Made by a program: the position numbers and the translations under genes. From an uncultured virus (IMG/VR IMGVR_UViG_3300016469_000321) (taxonomy: Duplodnaviria; Heunggongvirae; Uroviricota; Caudoviricetes): a DNA stretch of 20,000 nt. The stretch is taken from IMG/VR virus record IMGVR_UViG_3300016469_000321; one strand, 5' to 3'. This document shows, piece after piece, positions 6,679-14,957 of this stretch (its first letter is position 1; the number at the start of each line of letters is the position of its first letter). The notes under the pieces are model-generated. The model was given only the letters and a program-made list of their open reading frames with translations, was not told the DNA's origin and searched no databases.

Positions 6679-8600
6679 GCTTCCTCCTCGTCGAGCACCA
6701 TGAGCTTCGACGCAACGTCATCCATGAGGGCCTCGCGGTCCTCCATGCCGAGCAGCTTCTCGCCCATGCCGGACAACTCGTCGGCGGCGAGGAACTGTTC
6801 GATGGGACCGAACTTGTCCGTGAGGATCTCGACCACACGCTCGTCGTAGGTCGAGGCGGCGACGACGACCTTCAGCAGCGTGGCCCGCCCGCCATGTCGG
6901 TCGAACCGACCACGCCACTGAAGGAAGTCACCGGGCTTCCAGGGGAGCATGGCGAAGATCGCAAGATCGGCCGTCTGCATGCCATCGACCGCGATCCCGA
7001 ACGCCTGGCCCGTGCCGACGAGGCAACACGGGCCAGGACTGTTTCGGAACCCGTCGATCATGTCGTTGCGCTCGGACTCGCTTACGCCGCCGTGCCCAAC
7101 CCAGACCGTCGCGTTCTTCACCTCGTCGCTGGAACTGGCGGCCTTTCGGATCGCCTCTCCCCAACGCTCGGCTTCCCGGCGGCGCGCAGTGAACACGATG
7201 ACCTTGCCGCCACCCTTCAGTCCTTCAAGGACCTCCGCCACGACATAGCCACGTTTACGACTGCTCGCCTCCGCGAGACGCGCCTCGATGAGACGTTCTC
7301 GCGCCGGCACATCTTCATATTCACCTCGCGCCTGTCGCGCAAGTTCTTTGATCGCTTGATCGAAGGTTTTTGCGTCGTCGTATCGCTCGGCCTTGTCCTG
7401 CGCCGACACCGGCAGGTAGACGACCTGGATGCGCGTCGGGGGCAGGCTGGCGTGGCTCTCGGTGTACGGCACCTCGTGCGTGAAGAACGAGCAGCGCGCC
7501 CGCAGTTCGTCGAGGTTGCTGCTGCCCTTGTCGTCCAGCCCGCCGTAGGGGTTCGCCACCGCGTCGCAGTAGCGGGTCGCGAAGCTGCGGTAGCTGTGCG
7601 CAAAGCCGCCGGGCGTGAGGAGGTCGAGCTGCGCCCACAGCCGTCGGGGACGCCCGTCGTCGAGCGGCGTGGCGGAGAGGCCGACGCGCAGTTGCAGGGT
7701 CGGCAGGCGGCTGATGTCCATGATGGCGACGGCCCACGCATCCTTGTCGCCGCCGGCAGTCTGCCGCCGGTGGAAGTCCACGGACCCGTCCGACTTGTTG
7801 ACCGCCTTCCACCGCTTCGCTTGCCCGTGGATGTGCAGTTCGTCCAGGATCAGCACCGCCGGTTGGAGGCGCGTCACGAAGTCGAGGTTGTCGTTCAGCG
7901 ACTCGGCACCCACGATCACAAAGCGGCGCTGTCCCGTCTTGGCGCAGTGGTCGACGTACTGCGGCCACGTCATGTCGCCCTTGCGGCGCTCGCTCTCCGG
8001 CAGGAGACGCCACGGCAGGATGTTCGTGTACTGCTGGACCTGCGTCCACCAGACGTGCCGCGCCTTGGCCGGGCAGATGACGAGGACGGTGCCTTGCCGG
8101 GTCAAGGTGTCGATCAGCGCGCCTACGGTCTTGCCGCTGCCGCACGGCCAGATGTTCATCACCCACGGGCGAGCGGCGGCCCACGCCGCGCTGCGCTTCT
8201 GATACGGCGTCGCCATCCGAACGACGTGCGGCTTCAGTTCGCCGGACGACGCCTCGCGCACGAGGATCTGCTCGCCGACCTCTTGCAGCGCATCGAGGCT
8301 GGCCGGGTCCGTCGGCCACGGGGCGATGCCCTGCGCCTTGCGGGACTCGACGCTCCACTGCCCGCCGAGGCCCCAGCCGGCGAGGAAGTGTTCCACGATG
8401 AAGGCTGCGTGGACGGGCGAGTAGACGTCGATGTGCGACGGAGGTCCGTCGTCGGGCCACTCGTTCTTCGTGAGCCGGTACTTGCGGCGGCCACGGATGG
8501 CCCACACCAAGACGCCGGGGATGTTCTGCTCCAGCGCGATGGCGTGCTGGGCGAGTTGCGGGTCGTGCAGTCGGTACATGTAGTGGGGCTGGTCCCACAT
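6675..8600 (-). CDS. SNF2-like superfamily-2 helicase/ATPase
   Basis: PYQ, CGSGKT, LVICPA, LILDELH, LSATP, LWAQLDLL, KVIVFT, QWRGRFDRHG; AGGAG RBS. Confidence 0.88.
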   Translation of the reverse strand: MWDQPHYMYRLHDPQLAQHAIALEQNIPGVLVWAIRGRRKYRLTKNEWPDDGPPSHIDVYSPVHAAFIVEHFLAGWGLGGQWSVESRKAQGIAPWPTDPASLDALQEVGEQILVREASSGELKPHVVRMATPYQKRSAAWAAARPWVMNIWPCGSGKTVGALIDTLTRQGTVLVICPAKARHVWWTQVQQYTNILPWRLLPESERRKGDMTWPQYVDHCAKTGQRRFVIVGAESLNDNLDFVTRLQPAVLILDELHIHGQAKRWKAVNKSDGSVDFHRRQTAGGDKDAWAVAIMDISRLPTLQLRVGLSATPLDDGRPRRLWAQLDLLTPGGFAHSYRSFATRYCDAVANPYGGLDDKGSSNLDELRARCSFFTHEVPYTESHASLPPTRIQVVYLPVSAQDKAERYDDAKTFDQAIKELARQARGEYEDVPARERLIEARLAEASSRKRGYVVAEVLEGLKGGGKVIVFTARRREAERWGEAIRKAASSSDEVKNATVWVGHGGVSESERNDMIDGFRNSPGPCCLVGTGQAFGIAVDGMQTADLAIFAMLPWKPGDFLQWRGRFDRHGGRATLLKVVVAASTYDERVVEILTDKFGPIEQFLAADELSGMGEKLLGMEDREALMDDVASKLMVLDEEEA

Positions 8601-8623
8601 GGCGGTTCTCCTGAGGCCCGACC

Positions 8624-8687
8624 ACCGTAGCGGGTCTATGCCACGGCGTCAAGGGTTCTTGACGCAGCGGTAGAGAAGTGGTACATG
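8624..8687. promoter_or_regulatory. Back-to-back divergent sigma70-like promoters
   Basis: Plus: TTGACG(8659-8664)-N17-TACATG(8682-8687). Minus: TTGACG(8652-8647)-N17-TACGGT(8629-8624). The two -35 boxes form the inverted repeat GCGTCAAG-ggtt-CTTGACGC. Confidence 0.7.
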
Positions 8688-8721
8688 GTCGACGTGGGCC
8701 GCGATGGCCCCGGAGGAACAC

Positions 8722-9030
8722 ATGAACGAGAGTCCCATCAGCGTCATCGACCCGGCCACCGATCCCTTCATCCTGCTCGTCGAGCGACATCGCAAGGCAC
8801 GGCACTGGTCGTTCGCCGAGCTGGCCCGTCGCGGCGGCCTCACGCAGCCGGAGGTGTCGCGCGTCGTCCACGGCATCCGCATGCCCACGCTGCGCCACGT
8901 CCGCGGCCTCGCCGAGGCGTTCGCCAGCGCGCCGTCCAGCCTCACCGAGCCGGCCTCGCCCGCCGAGTGGGTCGCCCTGCTCGTCGACTTGGCCGAGAAC
9001 GCGCGTCTCGGCGTGCGAACGAAGGAGTAG
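8722..9030 (+). CDS. XRE/Cro-CI family helix-turn-helix regulator
   Basis: RKARHWSFAELARRGGLTQPEVSRVVHGIRMPTL; GGAGG RBS before ATG 8722. Confidence 0.85.
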   Translation: MNESPISVIDPATDPFILLVERHRKARHWSFAELARRGGLTQPEVSRVVHGIRMPTLRHVRGLAEAFASAPSSLTEPASPAEWVALLVDLAENARLGVRTKE

Positions 9031-9032
9031 CG

Positions 9033-9509
9033 ATGTCATTTCACGCGAACATGACTGACTTGTCCGGGCGGCGCGTAGGCCGACTGATTATTGACGGTCC
9101 CGTGGGTCGGTCAGCAGACGGGCATGTCTTATGGCGCTGCCTCTGCGAGTGCGGCAAGACGAAGAACATCGCCTCAAACAGTCTCACGCGATCCGCGCCT
9201 GTTCAGTCATGCGGCTGCATGAACGCGACCACCGCACAGCGCAGGCGAAACCCGAACGGCGCGTGGAACGAAGGCAAGAGTTACGTCATTTCAAGCGGCG
9301 AGCACTGCTACAAGACCCGTCACGGGTGGGCGAAAGCTGCGATCCGACACTACGGAAACCGCTGCGAACGATGCGGCTGGGACAAGGCACGTTGCGATGT
9401 TCACCATCGCCATCCAAAGTCGCTGGGAGGGGCGCACACGCTGAAAAACGCCATCGTTCTGTGTCCAAACTGTCATCGAGTAGAGCACGAGGCCCGTCAT
9501 GTCGCTTAA
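9033..9509 (+). CDS. HNH endonuclease with N-terminal Cys-rich phage homing-endonuclease-type domain
   Basis: DLSGRRVGRL...WRCLCECG...SCGC, then CERCG...DVHH..PKSLGG....NAIVLCPNCHRVEH; AAGGAG RBS. Confidence 0.85.
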   Translation: MSFHANMTDLSGRRVGRLIIDGPVGRSADGHVLWRCLCECGKTKNIASNSLTRSAPVQSCGCMNATTAQRRRNPNGAWNEGKSYVISSGEHCYKTRHGWAKAAIRHYGNRCERCGWDKARCDVHHRHPKSLGGAHTLKNAIVLCPNCHRVEHEARHVA

Positions 9510-11115
9510 GTTCATCTCCATCTGTTCGGGCATCGAAGCCGCCTCAATGGCGTGGGAGCCTCTGGGATGGACGCCGCTGGCGTTCTCTGAGATTGAGCCG
9601 TTTCCCTGCGCCGTGTTGAAGCATCACTACCCGCATGTCCCGAACTTTGGAGACATGACGAAGTTCGATGAGTGGCCGGAGGACGTACTCGCTGAGTGCG
9701 ACGTGCTGGTGGGGGGCTGTCCATGTCAGGCGTTCTCAGTAGCCGGACTGCGCCAGTCGCTGGCCGACGCGCGCGGCAACCTTACGCTCGTCTTCGTCAA
9801 GTTGATCAACCACATCGACGCCATTCGGAGCAAGCATGGAAGACCACCCATCATCATCGTCTACGAGAATGTTCCAGGCATCCTCAGCACCGGCGACAAC
9901 GCCTTCGGCAACTTCCTTGGGGCGCTGTCCGGAGAAGACGGGCCACTCGAACCTCCAGGGGGCAAGTGGACAAACGCTGGTCTGGTGTGCGGACCCACGC
10001 GCGACCTCGCGTGGCGCATCCTTGACGCTCAATATTTCGGAGTGGCCCAACGACGCCGTCGTGTGTTCCTTGTCGGACATTCTCGTGCCGGCAGCCTCCG
10101 TCCCGTCAAGGTTCTTCTTGTCGAGCAAGGCGTGCAGCGGCATTCTCCGCCGAGCCGAGAAGCGGGGCAAAGAGCTGCCGCCGTTGCTGCTCGCGGCGCT
10201 GAGGGCGGTGGCGGGGGACTCGGAGCCGGACACGACGGAGGACGAGGAGGAGTAGCCTACGGGTTCAACTTTGAACAGTTCTCCGGAACAGAGGGTCCGA
10301 TCAGTCCGTGCCTCACGAAGACAGAGCACAAGGGCAAGACGCTCGTCTATGACGGGCCGCATGTCGTCGCCCCTCCACGCGCCACGTTCTGGAACGGCTC
10401 AGACCTCGCCGAGACGCTCACAGCAACTAGCGACGATCAGCGCATGCCCGACAAGGGACGCATGCAGATGGTCGTGCAGCCTATGGATAGCGCCCACAAC
10501 GGAGGCGGGCTGAACGGACAGGACGCCTATACGGGGCGCGTTCTGCCGGTCGTTCAATGCGTGACCGGCGAGCGAACGCATGCGCTCAAGGCTGAAGGAG
10601 CAGATGGTTCCGAGGACGGCACAGGCCGCGGGACGCCTATCGTCACATCCATAGGCTTCTACCCGACGGAAGGACGAGACTTCCCAGCGTTCAATGAGCT
10701 ATCGCCTACCGTGAAGGTCGGTTCTGGCGGCACATCAGGGAACCCCCCTGGTGTGATGTCAGCGATGGCCGTCCGCCGCCTCACGCCCGTCGAGCATGCA
10801 CCGGGTGAAACGACGTACATGATCACCGACTATCGGACCAACACGTTCTCTGAAACCAATCTCAGCGGCCCGCTGACAACATCTCGCACAATGTTTCGGT
10901 CAGCCCCGCTCGCGGCTGAGATGGCCGTCCGCCGCCTCACGCCCATCGAGTGCGAGCGCCTCCAAGGCTTCCCCGACGACTACACGCGCATCCCTTGGAA
11001 GGGCAAGCCCGCGAGCGAGTGTCCTGACGGTCCGCGCTACAAGGCGCTCGGCAACTCAATGGCGGTTCCCTGCATGTACTGGATCGGATGGCAGATCCGA
11101 AAGGCGATGACATGA
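9499..11115 (+). CDS. DNA (cytosine-5) methyltransferase with long variable region
   Basis: Motif I SICSGIEA, II FSEIE, III GDM, IV GGCPCQAFSVAG, VI YENVPG, VIII QRRRRVF, IX RRLTPIECERLQGFPD, X RYKALGNSMAVP. Confidence 0.95.
   Translation: MSLKFISICSGIEAASMAWEPLGWTPLAFSEIEPFPCAVLKHHYPHVPNFGDMTKFDEWPEDVLAECDVLVGGCPCQAFSVAGLRQSLADARGNLTLVFVKLINHIDAIRSKHGRPPIIIVYENVPGILSTGDNAFGNFLGALSGEDGPLEPPGGKWTNAGLVCGPTRDLAWRILDAQYFGVAQRRRRVFLVGHSRAGSLRPVKVLLVEQGVQRHSPPSREAGQRAAAVAARGAEGGGGGLGAGHDGGRGGVAYGFNFEQFSGTEGPISPCLTKTEHKGKTLVYDGPHVVAPPRATFWNGSDLAETLTATSDDQRMPDKGRMQMVVQPMDSAHNGGGLNGQDAYTGRVLPVVQCVTGERTHALKAEGADGSEDGTGRGTPIVTSIGFYPTEGRDFPAFNELSPTVKVGSGGTSGNPPGVMSAMAVRRLTPVEHAPGETTYMITDYRTNTFSETNLSGPLTTSRTMFRSAPLAAEMAVRRLTPIECERLQGFPDDYTRIPWKGKPASECPDGPRYKALGNSMAVPCMYWIGWQIRKAMT
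9836..10255 (+). CDS. Nested +1-frame protein, putative methyltransferase beta-type subunit (M.EcoHK31I beta-like)
   Basis: Own GGAG RBS 5 nt before ATG; TLNISEWPNDAVVCSLSDIL...VPSRFFLSSKACSGILRRAEKRGKELP resembles, from memory, alternative-frame MTase partner polypeptides. Confidence 0.72.
   Translation: MEDHPSSSSTRMFQASSAPATTPSATSLGRCPEKTGHSNLQGASGQTLVWCADPRATSRGASLTLNISEWPNDAVVCSLSDILVPAASVPSRFFLSSKACSGILRRAEKRGKELPPLLLAALRAVAGDSEPDTTEDEEE
10764..10950 (+). repeat. 31-bp direct repeat (10764-10794 and 10920-10950, one mismatch) encoding MAVRRLTP(V/I)E
   Basis: GATGGCCGTCCGCCGCCTCACGCCC(G/A)TCGAG occurs twice, 156 bp apart, in frame. Confidence 0.92.
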
Positions 11116-11792
11116 TCCCCGAAGAGACACTCGACCAGGCGATGCGCCTCCGATCCACGGGCCTCCTGTGGCGCGAGGTGGCTGAGCAGCTCGGCCTCGT
11201 GACCAACACGCTGCACAAGCATCTCGTCCGTACTCGACGCATCGTGCCACCCCCAAGCAAGCGCAAGTTGGCAACGTGGCCGATCTGTGTTATTCGGGAC
11301 GCGCACCGGCGCTGCGTGCAAGGAGAACGCATCGAGGACGTCGCGGCAACGCTCGGCATCTCGGTGGTCGCCCTGCGCTCGCAGTTCGTGAAGAAGGGGT
11401 ATCCGCCTCTCCGGCCTCCGCCTGAACGATGGACCGCCAAGGAGGTCCGCCAGGCATACGAGCGGTACGTGAACGGCGAGGACCGCCACGCCATCGCCGC
11501 GAGCTTCGGCACGTCGTGGGTGCTGCTCTACGGTGCGATGCGCCGCCGCGGCTACTACACCCGCGAGATCGGCAACGCGCGCCGCCGGCACGACAACCTC
11601 GGCCGGCAGGTCTGGCGCATGCGGATGGAGGGCATCTCCATCAAGGAGATCGCCGAGCGGCTCGGTGCGTGGGAGCACACGAGCAACCCGGCGCAGCGTG
11701 TCTCGCAGTGCCTCTACACGTACTGCAAGCGCAACCGCATCGTGAAGCCACCCCGCAAGGTCACTTCGCCGGCAAAGCCGCCAGTGCCTTGA
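11112..11792 (+). CDS. DNA-binding protein with four tandem HTH-like repeats
   Basis: GLLWREVAEQLG, GERIEDVAATLG, GEDRHAIAASFG, GISIKEIAERLG; ATGA overlap with MTase stop. Confidence 0.75.
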   Translation: MIPEETLDQAMRLRSTGLLWREVAEQLGLVTNTLHKHLVRTRRIVPPPSKRKLATWPICVIRDAHRRCVQGERIEDVAATLGISVVALRSQFVKKGYPPLRPPPERWTAKEVRQAYERYVNGEDRHAIAASFGTSWVLLYGAMRRRGYYTREIGNARRRHDNLGRQVWRMRMEGISIKEIAERLGAWEHTSNPAQRVSQCLYTYCKRNRIVKPPRKVTSPAKPPVP

Positions 11793-12564
11793 AGCAGGAC
11801 TCGTCCTTGGCCGCGATCTTGTTCTTCGCGTCGGCGTCGGAGCACTTCAGCGCCGACGCGAGCGAGGAGATGGTCTTCGGTCCGACGATGCCGTCGACCG
11901 GCCCGATGGCGAACCCGGCGCGCAGGAGCAGCGCCTGGATGACCGCCTCGAAGGAGGAGAGGTCGCCGTGGCCCACGAGGATCGCTCCGGTGCGGGCCGC
12001 CTGCTCGTAGCCCATGCGCTCCTTCAGCGGAGCGAGCTCACCCCAGAAGTCGAAGTGCCACGCCTCCGACGCGCCCTCGTCGGCGTTCTTGATGATGGGC
12101 TCCCAGCCGAGGGGCTTGGCGATCTCCCACAGCTTGTCGAGCTGCTTGTCCGCCGGCACGCCGGGGAACTTCAGCATGCCGAGGTGGACGTCGATGGACC
12201 GGCCGGCGTTGTGGCCGCTGCGACCAGGTGCCGCCACGAAGGCCGCCTTCATGGTCTTGGCGTCCCACTTCACGGAGCCGGGAGCGGGCTTGCCCGCGTT
12301 GACCCAGTTGTCGTACTTCTGCCGGGCCGCCTTCTGCACGGCCACGTCGCGGTGACACTCGGTCACGCGGAAGTCGCCACCCGCCTTGAACACGGCGTCG
12401 GAGAGCTGCTTGAGCGCGAAGGCCATCTCAGGCACGGCTACGCCCGCCTTCCCCAACTTGCACAGCGAGGTCAGGTCGACGCGGGGGCCACCCGTCTTTC
12501 CTGCCTTGTCGTAACTCGACGCGATGGTGGCGTCCACAGGAACAAGGGAGATTGCAGCAGTCAT
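11761..12564 (-). CDS. Endolysin: M15-family Zn peptidase with C-terminal peptidoglycan-binding domain
   Basis: VTECHR..Q, APGRSGHNAGRSIDV (SxH-x6-D), EAWHF (ExxH), QALL..AGF..GPVDGIVGPKT; AAGGAG RBS. Confidence 0.85.
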   Translation of the reverse strand: MTAAISLVPVDATIASSYDKAGKTGGPRVDLTSLCKLGKAGVAVPEMAFALKQLSDAVFKAGGDFRVTECHRDVAVQKAARQKYDNWVNAGKPAPGSVKWDAKTMKAAFVAAPGRSGHNAGRSIDVHLGMLKFPGVPADKQLDKLWEIAKPLGWEPIIKNADEGASEAWHFDFWGELAPLKERMGYEQAARTGAILVGHGDLSSFEAVIQALLLRAGFAIGPVDGIVGPKTISSLASALKCSDADAKNKIAAKDESCFKALAALPAK

Positions 12565-12574
12565 ATTGAACTCC

Positions 12575-14077
12575 TTAGATGTCTTCGATCCAGACGACGG
12601 ACGCGCTCACGTCGCTCGCGTTCACGCTGTACGCGGTGATGGTGACGACGTCTCCCGCCTGCATGAACAGGGCGAGGTCGGTCACGCTCTCCGTGGTGTT
12701 GCCCGTCTTGTTGACGGAGAAGGCGTAGACCTGCGTGCCGGATCCGATGGCGAACCCCGTCGCCGCAGAGTCGTAGTCCGCTGCGCTGGTGTTGGAGTTG
12801 ACGCGCGCGAACTGAGGCGCGGTCAGCACCCCGTTCTTGTAGACCTTGAAGTCCACGGTCTTCGTACCATCGCAGGCCACGCTGAAGCGGTCGATCTGAA
12901 GCTGCGCGGTCGAAAGCCGGTTGAGGTACACCGTGCTAGCGCGGACCGACAGCACGGGTGTTTCTGTCGCAGCGCCGATGCTCTTGGTCCCGATGGCGGC
13001 GAACTGCGCGCCGAGGAACTCAATCGGACCCTCGACGAACGCGCCGCCAGATGCGCCGTACATCGTGACCGACGTGCCGGTGCCCGTGTTTTTAGATTCC
13101 CATGTCAGGTAGAGGTTCGGGTTCCGAAGGTTCGTGGACGTGCGCGTGTTGGCGTTCCGCACGACATGCACGAGCGTGGGTCGGCCCGTCGTCCCGTTGA
13201 CGACGTAGAAGAAGGCGTCGCCGTAGCCGAGATACTGGAACTGCACGCCGTAGACGTTGCCCTTCGTGGGATCGAGGACGACCCGGCTAGGGCTGAACTG
13301 TCCGCCGTCCATGCGGTCCACGTTCCACGTCGACTGCGGAATGAACTGCTCGGTCGGGCTGACACCCGTCGTGAGGATAGCGAACGTGCCCGTCGCACCG
13401 CTGGTCCCAGGGTTGAACGTCGAGGCGCCCGCCGGCCCTGCGATCTTGCGGGTGAAGTAGACGACGTTCCCGACAGCGACCGCGTCCCATCCGCCCGCCG
13501 CGGCAGAGTAGTTGGCCGCCGCGATCTCGGCTGCGGTCACGCTAGTGTTCGCGCCGTTGGTGACCGGCACCGTCACGGCCGGGCCTCCATCAAGCGTCAC
13601 CGTCACGTTCGTGGCGCTGCTCGCCTTGACCGTGATCGTCAGCGTCTGCACCTCGACGGTTGCCGATTCGGTGTAGAGGATGCCGAACACCGTGTCGCGG
13701 TAGCCGAACTGATAGCCGGCTTCGACGTTGTAGAGGCCAGCCATCTGCTGGTTGCCCGTGCTGCCCACGGTGAACCGCGCGGTCCACTTCGCCATCGTGG
13801 CCTGGCCCGCACGATACTTCGCCACCTTCTTCGACGTCAGGCGTGCGTAGCCCGTGGTGCTTGTGCCGCTCGCCATGATGGCTTCGCCGCTGAGCGAAGT
13901 CACAGAGGCGCCCGTGCCGAACGTGTCCGAGGTCGTGAGCAGGGGGTTCAGCCCCGACACGAACGCGACCTGGCTCGTCGGCGTCGGTGTCACCGTCTCC
14001 AACTCCCCGAAGCCTGACAGCGGCCCGGTGATCACGGCGGAAACGGTGTCTTGCCGAAGCGGGAAGGTCTGAGACAT
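12575..14077 (-). CDS. Putative virion structural / fibre-associated beta-rich protein, 500 aa
   Basis: Thr/Ser/Gly/Val-rich; QSTWNVDRMDG...LDPTKGNVY..QFQYLGYG motif recalled from uncharacterised phage structural proteins; operon context. Confidence 0.6.
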   Translation of the reverse strand: MSQTFPLRQDTVSAVITGPLSGFGELETVTPTPTSQVAFVSGLNPLLTTSDTFGTGASVTSLSGEAIMASGTSTTGYARLTSKKVAKYRAGQATMAKWTARFTVGSTGNQQMAGLYNVEAGYQFGYRDTVFGILYTESATVEVQTLTITVKASSATNVTVTLDGGPAVTVPVTNGANTSVTAAEIAAANYSAAAGGWDAVAVGNVVYFTRKIAGPAGASTFNPGTSGATGTFAILTTGVSPTEQFIPQSTWNVDRMDGGQFSPSRVVLDPTKGNVYGVQFQYLGYGDAFFYVVNGTTGRPTLVHVVRNANTRTSTNLRNPNLYLTWESKNTGTGTSVTMYGASGGAFVEGPIEFLGAQFAAIGTKSIGAATETPVLSVRASTVYLNRLSTAQLQIDRFSVACDGTKTVDFKVYKNGVLTAPQFARVNSNTSAADYDSAATGFAIGSGTQVYAFSVNKTGNTTESVTDLALFMQAGDVVTITAYSVNASDVSASVVWIEDI

Positions 14078-14084
14078 GCGGCTC

Positions 14085-14762
14085 CTACTTCGGCGCGGTG
14101 GCCTTCTTCAGTTTCTCGTCGATCTTCTTGAGCAGGCGCTTCTCAAACTCGGCCTCGTCGAAGTCGCTCGACACGAAGGAGCGGACCTGCTTCTCCATCT
14201 TGGACACCTTCGTCTCCAAAGAAGCGATCTCCTTCTTGAGCTCGGCCGTCACGGTCTGGCACGGCGGGGGCTGCGCGCCGGCGAGGCCCGCCTGCTGGGC
14301 CTCGATCTCCAGCATCTTCATCTTCTGCTCGTGCTTCTGCTCCGAGAACTTGTTCCAGAACTTCCACCCGGCGCCGCCGCCGACCACGACGATGACCGCC
14401 AGGATCACCATCAGCATCGGGTTGTCGCCGGCGAGCCCCTCGAGCTGCGACAGGTCAGCCGGAGCCTCCGTCAGCGCCTCGGTCGGGACCGTCTGCGCGT
14501 GCGCGGGTGCGGCCACCACGGGGGGCACAGACGCCGCTTCAGGCGCCACAGGAACCTCAGGAGAAGCGCCAGCAGAAGCCTCGGCGGGCTGGTCGGGCGT
14601 CGCAACGATGGGCTCGGATTCGGGCATGACGACCTCGTCGTAGGGGAGAGAGAAGATGACGCCTTCGGGGATCATGCAGCCTTTGAGCCGGTCGGCGGTG
14701 AGCGGCGTCAGCCAGATGCGGTCGCCGGGCATCACTTCGCAGTTGGCGAGGCCGCTGTCCAC
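14085..14762 (-). CDS. Single-pass membrane protein with coiled coil (possible lysis accessory); start uncertain
   Basis: Pro/Ala/Glu linker, hydrophobic MLMVILAVIVVVGGGAGW, charged heptad C-terminus. Confidence 0.6.
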   Translation of the reverse strand: MDSGLANCEVMPGDRIWLTPLTADRLKGCMIPEGVIFSLPYDEVVMPESEPIVATPDQPAEASAGASPEVPVAPEAASVPPVVAAPAHAQTVPTEALTEAPADLSQLEGLAGDNPMLMVILAVIVVVGGGAGWKFWNKFSEQKHEQKMKMLEIEAQQAGLAGAQPPPCQTVTAELKKEIASLETKVSKMEKQVRSFVSSDFDEAEFEKRLLKKIDEKLKKATAPK

Positions 14763-14763
14763 C

Positions 14764-14949
14764 TTAGTCGAGAACGTCGAGCGCGACCTTGGCGGTCAGG
14801 GTCGTCAGGCGACGGAGCAGCTCCTTGCCCTCGTCCTTGTCGAGGCGCACCTTCCCCGTGTCGTCCTTGCGGAGCGCCTTGTCGAGGAACGCGCCGAGCT
14901 CGGCGAGCTCAACAGACAGCGAGATGGCTTCATCGGGGGTGAACGGCAT
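14764..14949 (-). CDS. Hypothetical protein, 61 aa
   Basis: AGGAG RBS, tight operon packing, GC3-rich codons. Confidence 0.7.
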   Translation of the reverse strand: MPFTPDEAISLSVELAELGAFLDKALRKDDTGKVRLDKDEGKELLRRLTTLTAKVALDVLD

Positions 14950-14957
14950 GGTGTCTC

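Noticed and set aside
8685..9032. Upstream extension of the HNH ORF
   Set aside because: Overlaps the HTH gene out of frame; ATG 9033 has its own AAGGAG RBS
6894..9039. Long ORFs 6894-8630(+) and 7321-9039(-)
   Set aside because: Shadow frames of the helicase caused by high GC; no motifs
9736..10362. Antisense 208-aa ORF and third-frame ORF 9696-10025 within the MTase
   Set aside because: No recognisable motifs; likely by-products of dual coding and GC content
10764..10950. Diversity-generating retroelement or intron/intein explanation for the repeat
   Set aside because: Repeat is only 31 bp, no reverse transcriptase in the window, no intein or splice motifs seen
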